Shown here: positions 30,798 through 41,102 of the stretch, in pieces | Layout of the letters: each line of letters opens with the position of its first letter | How positions within the stretch are numbered: position 1 is the stretch's first letter | Program-made: the position numbers and the translations under genes | Assembly (NCBI GenBank): GCA_035301445.1 | Contig: DATGUH010000153.1 | Location: 8,196 to 72,195 of the forward strand | Length of the DNA: 64,000 bases | Source of the DNA: Pseudogracilibacillus sp. | GTDB lineage: Bacteria; Bacillota; Bacilli; Bacillales; Amphibacillaceae | Direction: 5' to 3' | The notes under the pieces: model-generated | The model's input: only the letters and a program-made list of their open reading frames with translations | Database searches by the model: none | What the model was told of the DNA's origin: nothing

Positions 30798-30824
30798 TTA
30801 CCCATATGTGATAATAAAGTAAAC
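30798..30824 (-). promoter_or_regulatory. Possible sigmaB promoter for the YerD-like gene
   Basis: GTTTAC-N15-GGGTAA (spacer slightly long). Confidence 0.45.
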
Positions 30825-30852
30825 GTTAATGAAGAATGAGGGGGATCTTTCC

Positions 30853-31584
30853 ATGACAATTCAATTATTAACTAAACACACGTCTGTACGAGATTATCAG
30901 CATATTGAACTTTCAAAAGAGACCGTGCAACAACTTGTTCGTGCCGGTCAACACGCATCAAGTGCTAATTTTGTCCAAGCATATACAGCAATTCACGTAA
31001 CAGATCGTGAATTAAAAGAACAATTAGCAACTTTAACGAATAATGCACAACAAATTTTATCTGCGGGTGCAGTGCTCGTTTTATGCATGGACTTTCATCG
31101 AATTGAACGAGGCGCTCAGCAAATCAATAAAACAATTGATTACACACTTGCAGAAGACTTACTCGTTGCGACGACAGATGTTGCTTTATTCGCCCAAAAT
31201 ATCGCAGTTGCAGCAGAATCAAAAGGCTACGGCATTTGTTATATCGGCGGTGTTCGTAATCAACCAGAAGCGATTGCTGAACTTTTACAATTGCCTAAAG
31301 GAGTAGCACCGATGTACGCGATGTCTATTGGCGTGCCAAATGAAGCCAATGATGTCAAACCGCGTTTACCTATTGAGGCCGTATTACATGAAAACCATTA
31401 CAATACAAAACAATATGACACATTGCTACCACAATATGATGAAACGATGAAAAAATATTACTTAAATCGTGGATCCAATCAAAAAAATACAAACTGGTCG
31501 GAGTCAACCGCAACGTTCTTAGGGAAACCGAGACGTCTTCATATGAAGAAATTTTTACAACAACAAGGCTTCGATTTTAAATAG
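30853..31584 (+). CDS. NADPH-dependent nitro/flavin reductase (NfrA/NfsA family)
   Basis: HTSVRDY, ASSANFVQAY, AAESKGYGICYIGGVRN, KPRLP. Confidence 0.9.
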   Translation: MTIQLLTKHTSVRDYQHIELSKETVQQLVRAGQHASSANFVQAYTAIHVTDRELKEQLATLTNNAQQILSAGAVLVLCMDFHRIERGAQQINKTIDYTLAEDLLVATTDVALFAQNIAVAAESKGYGICYIGGVRNQPEAIAELLQLPKGVAPMYAMSIGVPNEANDVKPRLPIEAVLHENHYNTKQYDTLLPQYDETMKKYYLNRGSNQKNTNWSESTATFLGKPRRLHMKKFLQQQGFDFK

Positions 31585-31623
31585 GAGATTGAATATGGAA
31601 TTTGAAAACTTACTGAAAAACTG

Positions 31624-32742
31624 ATGCATGACCCATTCGTAAGTGCAACAATTAGTCAACCACGCCTAAAATCAGATGATTTAAAACGTGTTCGTTTAAA
31701 ACCCGTAGAACTTCGCGGATCGTTATATATCCAATTTGAGTATCAGTATGAACGTGTACTCAATCATGAGAATATGTTAATCACTACGATTCAAGCAGAA
31801 ATAGATGCACTTGCAAATCGTTTTAGACAATTTCACATTGAATTTCAAGATGAAACCGTGCACATTCAAATTTCTAAAAAATATAAAGTGCTTTGGAAAT
31901 CTTCTGCGGCAACAACGAAAAAAGAAGTGAGTTTATCGCATAATCGTAAGAAAAATTATTTACTCGATGAACAAACACCTTACCCTTTTTTAATTCGTTT
32001 AGGGGTGCAATCAAAAGATGGTCAAGTACGCCGTCAACATTATGATAAATTTCGTCAAATTAATCGTTTCATCGAATTTATCGATGATGCACTTGATTAC
32101 TTGCCGAAAGACCGACCAATTCGCGTATTAGATTTCGGTTCTGGAAAATCCTATTTAACCTTTGCGTTGTACCATTATTTGCATATTGAAAAAGGGTTAA
32201 ATTTGCAGGTTACGGGGCTGGATTTAAAAAAAGAAGTGATCGAAGAATGTCAGCAAATTGCGGATGATTTACAATATAAAAACCTTTCATTTCTCGTCGG
32301 CGATATTAATGATTATAACGAGGAATCCGCTGTCGATATGGTCGTCACATTACATGCATGTGACGTCGCTACAGATATGGCGTTAGGACGTGCGGTTAAG
32401 TGGGGCGCAAAAGTCATTTTAAGTGTCCCTTGTTGCCAACACGAATTATTTTCACAAATTGAAGCGCCGGCGCTCGATGTGATGTTACAACATGGTTTAA
32501 TCAAAGAACGCTTTTCAGCATTAGCAACAGACGCTATGCGTGCGGAACTTTTATCACTCGTCGGCTATGAAACCCAGTTAGTCGAATTTATCGACATGGA
32601 AAATACGCCAAAAAACATTTTAATCCGTGCGTATCATACGGGGAAAAAGCCATCCGTAGACATGCGAAAACGTTATGAAACTTTTCGTGATTCGCTTAGT
32701 GCCAAACCATTTTTGGAACGCGAATTAAAAGACTTATTATAA
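31624..32742 (+). CDS. Class I SAM-dependent methyltransferase (Methyltransf_32-like); true start may be 31595 with a 1-bp frameshift
   Basis: DKFRQINRF, LDFGSGKSYLTF, VTLHACDVATD, VPCCQHE, TPKN. Confidence 0.82.
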   Translation: MHDPFVSATISQPRLKSDDLKRVRLKPVELRGSLYIQFEYQYERVLNHENMLITTIQAEIDALANRFRQFHIEFQDETVHIQISKKYKVLWKSSAATTKKEVSLSHNRKKNYLLDEQTPYPFLIRLGVQSKDGQVRRQHYDKFRQINRFIEFIDDALDYLPKDRPIRVLDFGSGKSYLTFALYHYLHIEKGLNLQVTGLDLKKEVIEECQQIADDLQYKNLSFLVGDINDYNEESAVDMVVTLHACDVATDMALGRAVKWGAKVILSVPCCQHELFSQIEAPALDVMLQHGLIKERFSALATDAMRAELLSLVGYETQLVEFIDMENTPKNILIRAYHTGKKPSVDMRKRYETFRDSLSAKPFLERELKDLL

Positions 32743-32758
32743 AAGGAGTCGATGAAAT

Positions 32759-33244
32759 TTGATGACAGAAACAGATTTGAAACATTTGCGTCGCTGTGTT
32801 GAACTTGCAGAAATTGCATTAGACAAAGGAGATGAGCCTTTCGGTTCGATGCTCGTTTCTGCTGATGGTGAAGTCTTAATGGAAGACCATAATCACGTTG
32901 CAGATGGAGATCATACCCAACATCCTGAATTCGCTTTAGCACGTTGGGCGGCTCAACATTTATCAGAAGAAGAACGCGCAAATGCGACCGTGTATACTTC
33001 AGGCGAGCATTGTCCAATGTGTGCAGCAGCACATGGTTGGGTCGGATTAGGTCGCATCGTCTATGCCAGTTCTTCCCAACAACTTACTGAGTGGCTAGAT
33101 GAGTTCGGTGTTGATTCGAGTCAGTCACGCGTTCGAAGCTTACCGATTCAAGAAGTCATTCGCTTCACCAAGGTAGACGGCCCTGTTTTAGAACTTGCTG
33201 AACAAGTAAAAGCGTTACATCGTCGCCTTCACCAAAAAGCATAA
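32759..33244 (+). CDS. Nucleoside/guanine deaminase family (zinc-dependent)
   Basis: GDEPFG, HPE, YTSGEHCPMCAAA. Confidence 0.85.
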   Translation: MMTETDLKHLRRCVELAEIALDKGDEPFGSMLVSADGEVLMEDHNHVADGDHTQHPEFALARWAAQHLSEEERANATVYTSGEHCPMCAAAHGWVGLGRIVYASSSQQLTEWLDEFGVDSSQSRVRSLPIQEVIRFTKVDGPVLELAEQVKALHRRLHQKA

Positions 33245-33251
33245 ACAAACA

Positions 33252-33287
33252 AGAAGCAAACCGATTAACAAACGGTTTGCTTCTTGT
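33252..33287. terminator. Bidirectional terminator
   Basis: AGAAGCAAACCG...CGGTTTGCTTCT. Confidence 0.65.
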
Positions 33288-33300
33288 TTAAAGCGCTTTT

Positions 33301-35235
33301 CTATTTACAATGCATCGCGTCCTTCGCTTCATACCAAGGGACGCTATACCCTTTACCTTTCGAACAAAAAATAGATGACGACGTATAAGCTGGGTCTGCC
33401 TCTTTATCGTATCCAATTTGTGCAATGACCTCTCCCTCATTGTGACAACGCGCATACCCACTAAACTGTAAACGAAGGACACCGCGCCCATTTGTAATGG
33501 AAGCAAAAGTTGTCGGATAATCCATAAACGTTGCAACAGGAACCGTTCCCGTAATCGTCGTTTGATTGCCTATCGTTTCTGGCGCCTCAAATTGCCCATG
33601 TGCTTGTTGAATATCCGATAATACACGACCAACAGTATCGAGGTGAACTTTGATTTTAAATGTATATAATGGCTCTAACACAATATTTTTCGCTTGCTCA
33701 AGCCCTTGACGAATAGCACGATGTGTCGCCTCTCTAAAATCTCCGCCTGCGGTATGTTCTTGATCGGCACGACCTGTAAGAAGTGTGATACGAACATCGG
33801 TTAACGTAGATCCTGTTAATAACCCATGATGTCCTTTTTCCAAAGTATACTGTTCTACTAAACGTTGATTACTGACGGCCAAATCTGTCACGTGACAGTC
33901 CGTCTGAAATGAAACACCTGTATTTCGTGGTGCCGGTTCTATTTTTAAATGAACTTCTGCATAATGACGCAACGGCTCAAAATGACCATACCCAATGACC
34001 GCTTTTTCGATTGTCTCTTTATATAAGATCGTTGGTGTGCCAAACGATACTTGTACGTGAAAACGTTCTTGCATAACTTGTTGCAATACTTCTAACTGAA
34101 TCGTCCCCATAACATGGACATAAATTTCTTGTGTTGTCTCATCCCACATCACTTGTAATGATGGATCCTCTGCATCTAATTGCTGAAAATAAGCGTACAA
34201 ATCTTTCGGGTGGATTGCTTCTGCACACCGTACAGTAGACGTTAATGTTGGGATTAATTCAGCAGTCGTTTCTTCTTCAAAGCCAATCGTGTCACCAATT
34301 TGTGCTTCTGATAATCCCGTCACCGCAACGATCATTCCCGCTTCCGCTTCTCTTATTCCAGTTTGCTTTTGACCATTCATCTGATAAATCCCTGTAATTT
34401 TTTCCGTGACACCATTGTACGTTACTTCATCCCGAATTCGAAGTGACCCTTGCAGTAATTTTATAAATGTTCGTCGTTGTCCAGATCCGTCGTGACGAAT
34501 TTTATAAACTTTCGCTTGTAGTGCCCCGTCCGCTTGATAGCCTGTCTGTGTAAATGTATCGAGCATCGATAAAAAGGCTTCTACCCCTTCATCTTGTAAA
34601 GCTGAACCCGTCATACAAAGGAAAAGTGATCGTTGTCGCACCATTTCCTTGATTTTTTCTGTCCATACGAATGGATCATACCCATCTGTAACATATTGTT
34701 CTAGCAACTGTTCATCTCGTTCTGCGACCAACTCAATCGTTTCTTCATCAAGTACATCTTCTCCATCACTTGACCATAACAGAGCGTCTTTCGTTAAATT
34801 TTGCTGAATATCTTGAAGAACCGCTTGTATATCTGCACCATCACGATCGACTTTATTCAAAAAGATAAAAGTTGGCACATGATATTTTTGTAATAATTGC
34901 CAAACAGTTTCAGTATGTCCTTCCACACCTTCGACAGCACTAATGATAAGAATCGCGTAATCCATCACTTGAATCGCACGTTCCATTTCCGGTGAAAAGT
35001 CGACATGCCCAGGTGTGTCGATTAAGGTATAGGTAGAATGATGATATGAAAATACCGCTTGATCTGAGAAAACGGTAATACCACGACTTTTTTCGATATG
35101 ATGGGTATCAAGAAACGTATCTTGATGGTCCACTCTACCACGCGTTCGAATTGTCTTCGTATGGTATAGCAGCTGTTCTGAAAAAGTTGTTTTTCCCGCA
35201 TCAACATGTGCAAGAATTCCTATCGTTTTATGCAT
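33301..35235 (-). CDS. Tet(M)/Tet(O)-related EF-G-like translational GTPase
   Basis: GILAHVDAGKTT, RGIT, DTPGHVDF, NKVD, YKETI, GHFEPLRHYAEV, LEPLY; 644 aa. Confidence 0.88.
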   Translation of the reverse strand: MHKTIGILAHVDAGKTTFSEQLLYHTKTIRTRGRVDHQDTFLDTHHIEKSRGITVFSDQAVFSYHHSTYTLIDTPGHVDFSPEMERAIQVMDYAILIISAVEGVEGHTETVWQLLQKYHVPTFIFLNKVDRDGADIQAVLQDIQQNLTKDALLWSSDGEDVLDEETIELVAERDEQLLEQYVTDGYDPFVWTEKIKEMVRQRSLFLCMTGSALQDEGVEAFLSMLDTFTQTGYQADGALQAKVYKIRHDGSGQRRTFIKLLQGSLRIRDEVTYNGVTEKITGIYQMNGQKQTGIREAEAGMIVAVTGLSEAQIGDTIGFEEETTAELIPTLTSTVRCAEAIHPKDLYAYFQQLDAEDPSLQVMWDETTQEIYVHVMGTIQLEVLQQVMQERFHVQVSFGTPTILYKETIEKAVIGYGHFEPLRHYAEVHLKIEPAPRNTGVSFQTDCHVTDLAVSNQRLVEQYTLEKGHHGLLTGSTLTDVRITLLTGRADQEHTAGGDFREATHRAIRQGLEQAKNIVLEPLYTFKIKVHLDTVGRVLSDIQQAHGQFEAPETIGNQTTITGTVPVATFMDYPTTFASITNGRGVLRLQFSGYARCHNEGEVIAQIGYDKEADPAYTSSSIFCSKGKGYSVPWYEAKDAMHCK

Positions 35236-35251
35236 AATGCTTTACTCACTT

Positions 35252-35914
35252 TCATGATTGTTCTAATGTCATTTCTTGAAATACATAGTGATCTTTCGTC
35301 ATTTTCGGACCGAATCGGACCGGAATACGATGTTGAAATATCGGACCGTTTACGACAACTGTATGAAATTCACCAGATTCTCCACAAGAATCGATACCTA
35401 ACGCTTCTAGTTCATCCATTAACTCAATTGTAAATAGTCGTCCAAGAAATCTTTCAGGCATCATTTTTGTGTTGACGACAATGATATACGCTTCAAAGCC
35501 AAGGGCAATAAATGCTTCTAATATCGCTCTTCTCGATTCCATCCATAATGGATGAATTGCAGTCATTCCTGCTTTTTGACATGTTTGTTGAACCCACGTT
35601 AAATGATCTTCTAAATCTATATCTCCAAATACGCCGTGAGAAATGCCCTCATGAACACAAGTTTTCATCGCATCAACAAATTGTTCCTCATAATGATTCC
35701 AATCGGCACGTCTAATCATTAATGGTACACCTAAAGCTTTTGCTTGCGCTTCCACCACTTCAATTGGTAGCGCATGTGATTTTGAATGTCCTTCTCCTTC
35801 TTCAAACATCGTCCAAAGCTTTTTCGGTATCCCGCCATTTTTAACTGCTCGTGCATAAGCCATCGCTGAATCTTTTCCACCACTCCACGATGCGACAAAT
35901 TCCATTTTATCCAC
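35252..35914 (-). CDS. Diphthine-ammonia ligase-like PP-loop ATPase (Dph6/DUF71/COG2102)
   Basis: SWSGGKDS, SKSH, GVFGDIDLEDH, HPLW, CGESGEFHTVV.NGPIF; GTG start after AGGAG. Confidence 0.87.
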   Translation of the reverse strand: MDKMEFVASWSGGKDSAMAYARAVKNGGIPKKLWTMFEEGEGHSKSHALPIEVVEAQAKALGVPLMIRRADWNHYEEQFVDAMKTCVHEGISHGVFGDIDLEDHLTWVQQTCQKAGMTAIHPLWMESRRAILEAFIALGFEAYIIVVNTKMMPERFLGRLFTIELMDELEALGIDSCGESGEFHTVVVNGPIFQHRIPVRFGPKMTKDHYVFQEMTLEQS

Positions 35915-36042
35915 TCGAAACACTCCTATTCCATCCATACTTTACTAGCAGTATAACATGTTTCATATTGTGACCATGAAACGGATTTGTTGATCTATCG
36001 AAAAAAGCTATGACCGATAAAGGCCATAGCTTTGTGTTCGTA

Positions 36043-37428
36043 TTAATCTCTACCAATCATTTTAGCAGGAACAACATACTCGTCGAATTGTTCTTCTGTT
36101 AAAAGACCAGTTGCAAGTGCCGCTTCTTTTAATGTCGTTCCGTTTTTATGAGCTGTTTTTGCGATTTTCGCTGCATTTTCATACCCGATATGTGGGTTTA
36201 ACGCTGTCACAAGCATTAATGAATTCGCTAATAAATCATCAATTTTCTCACGGTTTGGTTCGATACCTACTGCGCAATTATCATTGAAGCTAATCATCGC
36301 ATCGCTTAATAATTGAACAGATTGTAAGAAGTTATAAATGATTACTGGTTTATAAACGTTTAGTTCAAAGTTTCCTTGGCTCGCTGCAAATCCTATTGTT
36401 GCATCGTTCCCCATCACTTGCGCCGCAACCATTGTAATTGCTTCACTTTGTGTTGGGTTTACTTTCCCAGGCATAATTGAACTTCCTGGTTCATTTTCAG
36501 GAATTGTAATTTCACCGATTCCTGAACGTGGACCGCTTGCTAACCAACGAACGTCATTCGCAATCTTCATAATATCCGCTGCTAGTGCTTTCACTGCACC
36601 GTGAACGTATACCACTTCATCATAGCTCGTTAATGAATGGAATTTATTTGATGCTGATGTAAAGTTAATGCCTACTTCTTTGCTAATTTGTTCAGCCACT
36701 TTATCACCAAATCCAGCAGGTGCGTTTAGTCCAGTTCCTACTGCTGTACCACCAATTGCTAATTCTTTCATCGATTCAACACTGTCTTGAATCATTTTTT
36801 CTGTTTTTTCAAGCATGCGATGCCAACCGCTAATTTCTTGTCCTAATGTTAACGGTGTAGCGTCTTGTAAATGCGTACGACCAATTTTAATAATATCATT
36901 AAATGCTGTTGATTTCTCAGCAAAAGTTGCTTTTAGCTTATCAATTGCTGGTAATAATTGCTCTTGAACTGCAACAACACCTGCAACGTGTAAAGCCGTT
37001 GGGAATGTATCGTTCGAACTTTGTGATTTGTTAATATCGTCGTTTGGGTGTAGACGTTCTTCTTCGCCCCACTCCGCTAGTAATTCATTTCCACGATGTG
37101 CTAACACTTCGTTCATATTCATGTTCGATTGTGTACCACTACCAGTTTGCCAAACGACAAGTGGAAAATGATCATCTAGCTTTCCAGCAATTACTTCATC
37201 TGCTGCAGATGTAATGGCTTTCATTTTCACTTCTGAAATATTGCCAAAAGCATGGCTTGCAATGGCAGCTGATTTTTTTAACACTGCAAACGCACGTACA
37301 ACACGCATTGGCATTTTTTCTGTACCAATTTTAAAGTTTTGTTTACTACGCTGTGTTTGTGCCCCCCAGTGCTTGTCAGCTGGAACTTTGATTTCCCCAA
37401 ATGTATCATGCTCAATACGATAATCCAT
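36043..37428 (-). CDS. fumC: Class II fumarate hydratase
   Basis: [35 protein letters not shown]. Confidence 0.97.
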   Translation of the reverse strand: MDYRIEHDTFGEIKVPADKHWGAQTQRSKQNFKIGTEKMPMRVVRAFAVLKKSAAIASHAFGNISEVKMKAITSAADEVIAGKLDDHFPLVVWQTGSGTQSNMNMNEVLAHRGNELLAEWGEEERLHPNDDINKSQSSNDTFPTALHVAGVVAVQEQLLPAIDKLKATFAEKSTAFNDIIKIGRTHLQDATPLTLGQEISGWHRMLEKTEKMIQDSVESMKELAIGGTAVGTGLNAPAGFGDKVAEQISKEVGINFTSASNKFHSLTSYDEVVYVHGAVKALAADIMKIANDVRWLASGPRSGIGEITIPENEPGSSIMPGKVNPTQSEAITMVAAQVMGNDATIGFAASQGNFELNVYKPVIIYNFLQSVQLLSDAMISFNDNCAVGIEPNREKIDDLLANSLMLVTALNPHIGYENAAKIAKTAHKNGTTLKEAALATGLLTEEQFDEYVVPAKMIGRD

Positions 37429-37520
37429 TTTTACTCCGCCTTCCATCTATGTAATATTCTCTTTCATTATACCATGCGAATACATCAATGCGACCATCAA
37501 TTGTACTGAAACTTTATGAT

Positions 37521-38723
37521 TTACTTCTGTACAGTGATTGGTTTTCGAACAAAGATTAAATAAATGAGCAATGCACTACTACTACAAACGATAATCACGA
37601 TGCCCATTGGCCACGCTGTTAGATCTCCTTTGATTCCAACAAGTGGTGATACGAGACCGCCACCTAAAAATGGAAGTAACCCTAGAAATGCCGACGCACT
37701 TCCAGCTGCATCTCCTTGCGCTTCCATGCCAAGTGAAAAGGCAGTTGTTGATACCATTCCTAAGCTGGAAACGACTAACAATAATGCAATTGCCATCATT
37801 GTTAAAGATAATTGTTGCCAAATGACGATGAGCAATAAGATGCTTCCACTGAATGATATGAGAATCCCAACCAGTAATAGCTGTATTTCTTGATATTTAT
37901 TAGCAAGTCGCGCGGTTATTTGTGCCGCAATGATAATCCCAAGTCCATTCAGGGCAAAAAATAGTGAAAATTGCTGAGGTGTCACATGATACATATTTTG
38001 CAATACGAAAGGTGAACCGGCGATATAGGCAAACATACTTGATGAAATAAATGCCTGCGTCAAGGCAATGCCCATAAACACAGGATCTTTCATTAAACGA
38101 CCAAACGTTGAAACAACTGCTAAAATGCCACCTTGAGCCCTTTTCTCAATAGGTAATGTTTCTGGTAAAAAGAAAAGTACCGCGATAAACATCAGTAAAC
38201 CGATTGCACCTAATGTGTAAAAAACAGTCTGCCAAGTCGCAAATTTTAAAATGAGTCCGCCGATGATAGGTGCTAAAATCGGCGCAGCACCGTTTACAAG
38301 TGCAAGTAAAGCGATAAATTTTGTTAACTCTTTTCCAACGTACATATCACGGGCGGAAGCTCTCGCGATTACAATTCCAGCTGCTCCAGAGATTCCTTGA
38401 ATGAAGCGTAAAGCGATAAACAACCAAATCTGCCCGCTAAATGCAATCAATACAGAAGCAACTGCATACACAATTAATGTGAAAATAAGTGGTTTACGGC
38501 GTCCATGAATATCACTTAGTGGTCCAAAGATAAGCTGACCGACTGCAAGTCCGATTAAGCAAGCTGTTAAACTTAATTGGGCGAGTGAAGTTGTTGTTTG
38601 TAAATCTTCCGCAACGGTTGGCAGTGCCGGTAAATACATGTCCATCGATAATGGACCGAACGCAGTGAGCGAACCCAGTAGTAAAACAACCCATACTAAG
38701 GATAATTGTATTTTCTGTCCCAT
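37521..38723 (-). CDS. Bcr/CflA family multidrug efflux MFS transporter
   Basis: GPLSMDMYLPALP, GPLSDIHGRRKP, APILAPIIGG. Confidence 0.9.
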   Translation of the reverse strand: MGQKIQLSLVWVVLLLGSLTAFGPLSMDMYLPALPTVAEDLQTTTSLAQLSLTACLIGLAVGQLIFGPLSDIHGRRKPLIFTLIVYAVASVLIAFSGQIWLFIALRFIQGISGAAGIVIARASARDMYVGKELTKFIALLALVNGAAPILAPIIGGLILKFATWQTVFYTLGAIGLLMFIAVLFFLPETLPIEKRAQGGILAVVSTFGRLMKDPVFMGIALTQAFISSSMFAYIAGSPFVLQNMYHVTPQQFSLFFALNGLGIIIAAQITARLANKYQEIQLLLVGILISFSGSILLLIVIWQQLSLTMMAIALLLVVSSLGMVSTTAFSLGMEAQGDAAGSASAFLGLLPFLGGGLVSPLVGIKGDLTAWPMGIVIIVCSSSALLIYLIFVRKPITVQK

Positions 38724-38743
38724 TTAAAACTCCTTTTGCATGT

Positions 38744-39319
38744 TCACGCTTCTATAATAGTTAAAAACTCTTTCACATCTGTACGCGGACGCGCTTCTGG
38801 GACATGATATGGATAACCAATCATTAACGTTGCAACAATTTTTTCTCCTGGTTTCACACCAATTCCTTCGCGGAATACCGGACTATAAACCCAGTCATTC
38901 GTGCGCCATACCATCCCAATTCCACGTGCCCATGCAGCTAATTGGAAGTTTTGTATAAAGGCTGATACCGCACCATAATCTTCATCCCACGTTCGTTGAC
39001 GGGGATCTTCTGGCATAATTACAACAAGTTGTAATGGGATGTCTTTATAATATTGCGCTTTCCGCAATGTTTTCTCTGTATGCTGTCCGCCTTCTTTCGG
39101 CTGTGAATCCATAAACGCTTGTGCAAATTTTTCTTTTCCTTCTCCTACGTACAATTGAAAGCGCCAAGGTTCTGTTATTTTATGGTTTGGCGCCCATTTT
39201 GCAACATTTAACAACTCAATAATTTCATTTGGATCAACTGGTTGATCCGTAAATTTTTTAATGGTACGTCTTGTCATAATATTGTTTTCAATGTCATTTT
39301 TTGCGATATAGTCACTCAT
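38744..39319 (-). CDS. Nitroreductase family protein (YfhC-like)
   Basis: RRTIKKF, WAPNHKITEPWRF, QNFQLAAWARGIG. Confidence 0.87.
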   Translation of the reverse strand: MSDYIAKNDIENNIMTRRTIKKFTDQPVDPNEIIELLNVAKWAPNHKITEPWRFQLYVGEGKEKFAQAFMDSQPKEGGQHTEKTLRKAQYYKDIPLQLVVIMPEDPRQRTWDEDYGAVSAFIQNFQLAAWARGIGMVWRTNDWVYSPVFREGIGVKPGEKIVATLMIGYPYHVPEARPRTDVKEFLTIIEA

Positions 39320-39361
39320 TCAAATTCCTCCCCATCTTTCATCTCCACATTACCGGAGAAC

Positions 39362-39410
39362 TGAAAATCATTCTCAATGAAGTATAGCATGATTCTAAAT
39401 ATTCGACAAA
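39362..39410 (-). promoter_or_regulatory. Fur box plus sigmaA promoter of the nitroreductase
   Basis: TGAAAATCATTCTCA (39362-39376); TTGTCG-N17-TATACT on the minus strand. Confidence 0.65.
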
Positions 39411-39427
39411 GTATGTTTTGATTGGGA

Positions 39428-39554
39428 TTGCCAGTGCCCCATCAAGTTCTATTAAGAGTTTCTTAAAGGGTTCTGCGTAAGTTTTTTATCGTGTTCTAAC
39501 TAAATCTGTCTCAATCTCTTTCAATGTAGGAAGTTTCAGAGTATTTGTATTCAT
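39428..39554 (-). pseudogene. N-terminal remnant of an ISLre2-family (UPF0236) transposase
   Basis: Manual translation MNTNTLKLPTLKEIETDLVRTR*KTYAEPFKKLLIELDGALA after RBS AGGAGAG; resembles recalled N-termini of Bacillales ISLre2 transposases; internal stop, truncated. Confidence 0.6.
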
Positions 39555-39562
39555 AGGGGTTC

Positions 39563-39778
39563 TCTCCTGTAGTAGTTGTGTGCAAACTTCACGATACAAG
39601 AAGAGAGTCCTTTTTTTCATGTTTAGATAGCTTGGCCTTCAACAGATGACCGCTAACCTATTGATTGAAGTGGAGATGTAGTGACGCCTGCGAGAACAGC
39701 ACGAGCTGAAGACCCCAAAGAAGCGTAACTTGAAACCATGCACATTGAAGCACGCCAATCGGAATGGACATCCATTTT
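39563..39778. repeat. Composite dispersed repeat, copy A (IS-like leader plus degenerate GC-rich hairpin element)
   Basis: 39582-39635 is 53/54 identical to 50889-50942; the adjoining ACCTATTGATTGAAGTGGA...GACGCCTGCG.GAACAGCACGAG.TGAAGACCCC is also shared. Confidence 0.9.
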
Positions 39779-39839
39779 CGCCTATCATAGCAAAAACCGT
39801 TAATTGAACAGATCCAATTAACGGTTTGGTTTCTAAGCA

Positions 39840-41102
39840 TTATAATTCTTGTCTTAACGCTTGAATCACATCGATTTTCGTTGCTTTTCTTGCTGGACGC
39901 CATCCTGATATGATAGCAACCCCGATACTAATGATTGAAGCAATGACAATTAATTGCCACGGAATATGTGAAAATGTAATATTGAATTCACCGATTTCTT
40001 CTTCTCCGAGCGCAGAAGTAACAATGATTGGTAATAAATAATTCGACAGTGCGCTAATCCCATAAGAGATGATTACAGCAATGGCTGTACCAATGATACC
40101 AATCCATGCACTCTCCATAATAAATAATCGCTGAATAAGCTTAGGACTTGCACCTAAAGATTTCATAACCCCTATTTCACGTGTACGTTCTGTTACGGCC
40201 ATTGTCATTGTGTTGAAAATCCCGATTGAAGCAATTAAAATTGCAATCGTTCCAACAAAGACGAGCCCAGCTTTTAGGGCGAGGAAAAAGACGTCTAACT
40301 GTTCTAATTCATCTACGACGGAATACGTATAAAAACCTTGGTCTTTAATAGCAGATGAAATTGCACTAACATTTTCCAATTGATCAGCATGGACGGCAAT
40401 ATTAGAATAGAATATTGGTTGGTCTTCTCCTACTTCTTTTGTTAAGATTTTTTCAATCTCCGGTATGATGGTTGCATCTGCATAGAAACTCATATCTTGC
40501 ACCCATTCTTTCGTCGGTGCTTTACTTCTACCAACAATGGTCATTTCTAACGGTTTGCCAACCTCTTCTCCTGCATGATTCAGCATACCGATTTGAATCG
40601 TCTTCCCTACCAATTCCTTGTCATACTGCACTGCTTCATCATCTACTTGCTTTTGTAGCGTTTCGGCAAAATGATACCCCACGACCACTTCATGCGGTGC
40701 TTCAGGCAATCTTCCTTCTTCAAGTTCAAAGCCTATCTTTTTCTTCTCCTCAAAATCTGAAATATTAAATGAAGCGCTACTTTCGAAATCATCGAGCGAT
40801 AAAATTGCGTCTGTTGCTAACGTACGTTCTTGTATCACTGCACGTACATGTTCAATGTCGCGGAACTCATCAACATATGCTTCAGGAAGTGTATTCTCTT
40901 CCTTTTCATAGACCGTAATTTCTGTAACTAAACCGTACTCTAATGCTTCTTTACGCAATGTATCATGTAAACCAAAACCGACAGAGGCAAGTACGATTAA
41001 AAAAGCCGTCCCCATCGTAGCTGCCAAAACAGTCATAAACACACGCATTTTATTTTTCTTAATATGTTGTCGAACAAAATCGACTTGGTCTTTAAATTGC
41101 AT
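39840..41102 (-). CDS. ABC transporter permease (MacB/FtsX family)
   Basis: 4-TM topology with large extracellular loop; GIFNTMTMAVTERTREIGVMKSLGA, GWRPARKA. Confidence 0.88.
   Translation of the reverse strand: MQFKDQVDFVRQHIKKNKMRVFMTVLAATMGTAFLIVLASVGFGLHDTLRKEALEYGLVTEITVYEKEENTLPEAYVDEFRDIEHVRAVIQERTLATDAILSLDDFESSASFNISDFEEKKKIGFELEEGRLPEAPHEVVVGYHFAETLQKQVDDEAVQYDKELVGKTIQIGMLNHAGEEVGKPLEMTIVGRSKAPTKEWVQDMSFYADATIIPEIEKILTKEVGEDQPIFYSNIAVHADQLENVSAISSAIKDQGFYTYSVVDELEQLDVFFLALKAGLVFVGTIAILIASIGIFNTMTMAVTERTREIGVMKSLGASPKLIQRLFIMESAWIGIIGTAIAVIISYGISALSNYLLPIIVTSALGEEEIGEFNITFSHIPWQLIVIASIISIGVAIISGWRPARKATKIDVIQALRQEL

Noticed and set aside
33301-35235. Bona fide acquired tetracycline resistance gene (tetM/tetO)
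   Set aside because: The domain IV loop lacks the YSPVST-type motif of Tet(M)/Tet(O), and there is no leader peptide or conjugative element; it is a related GTPase subfamily.
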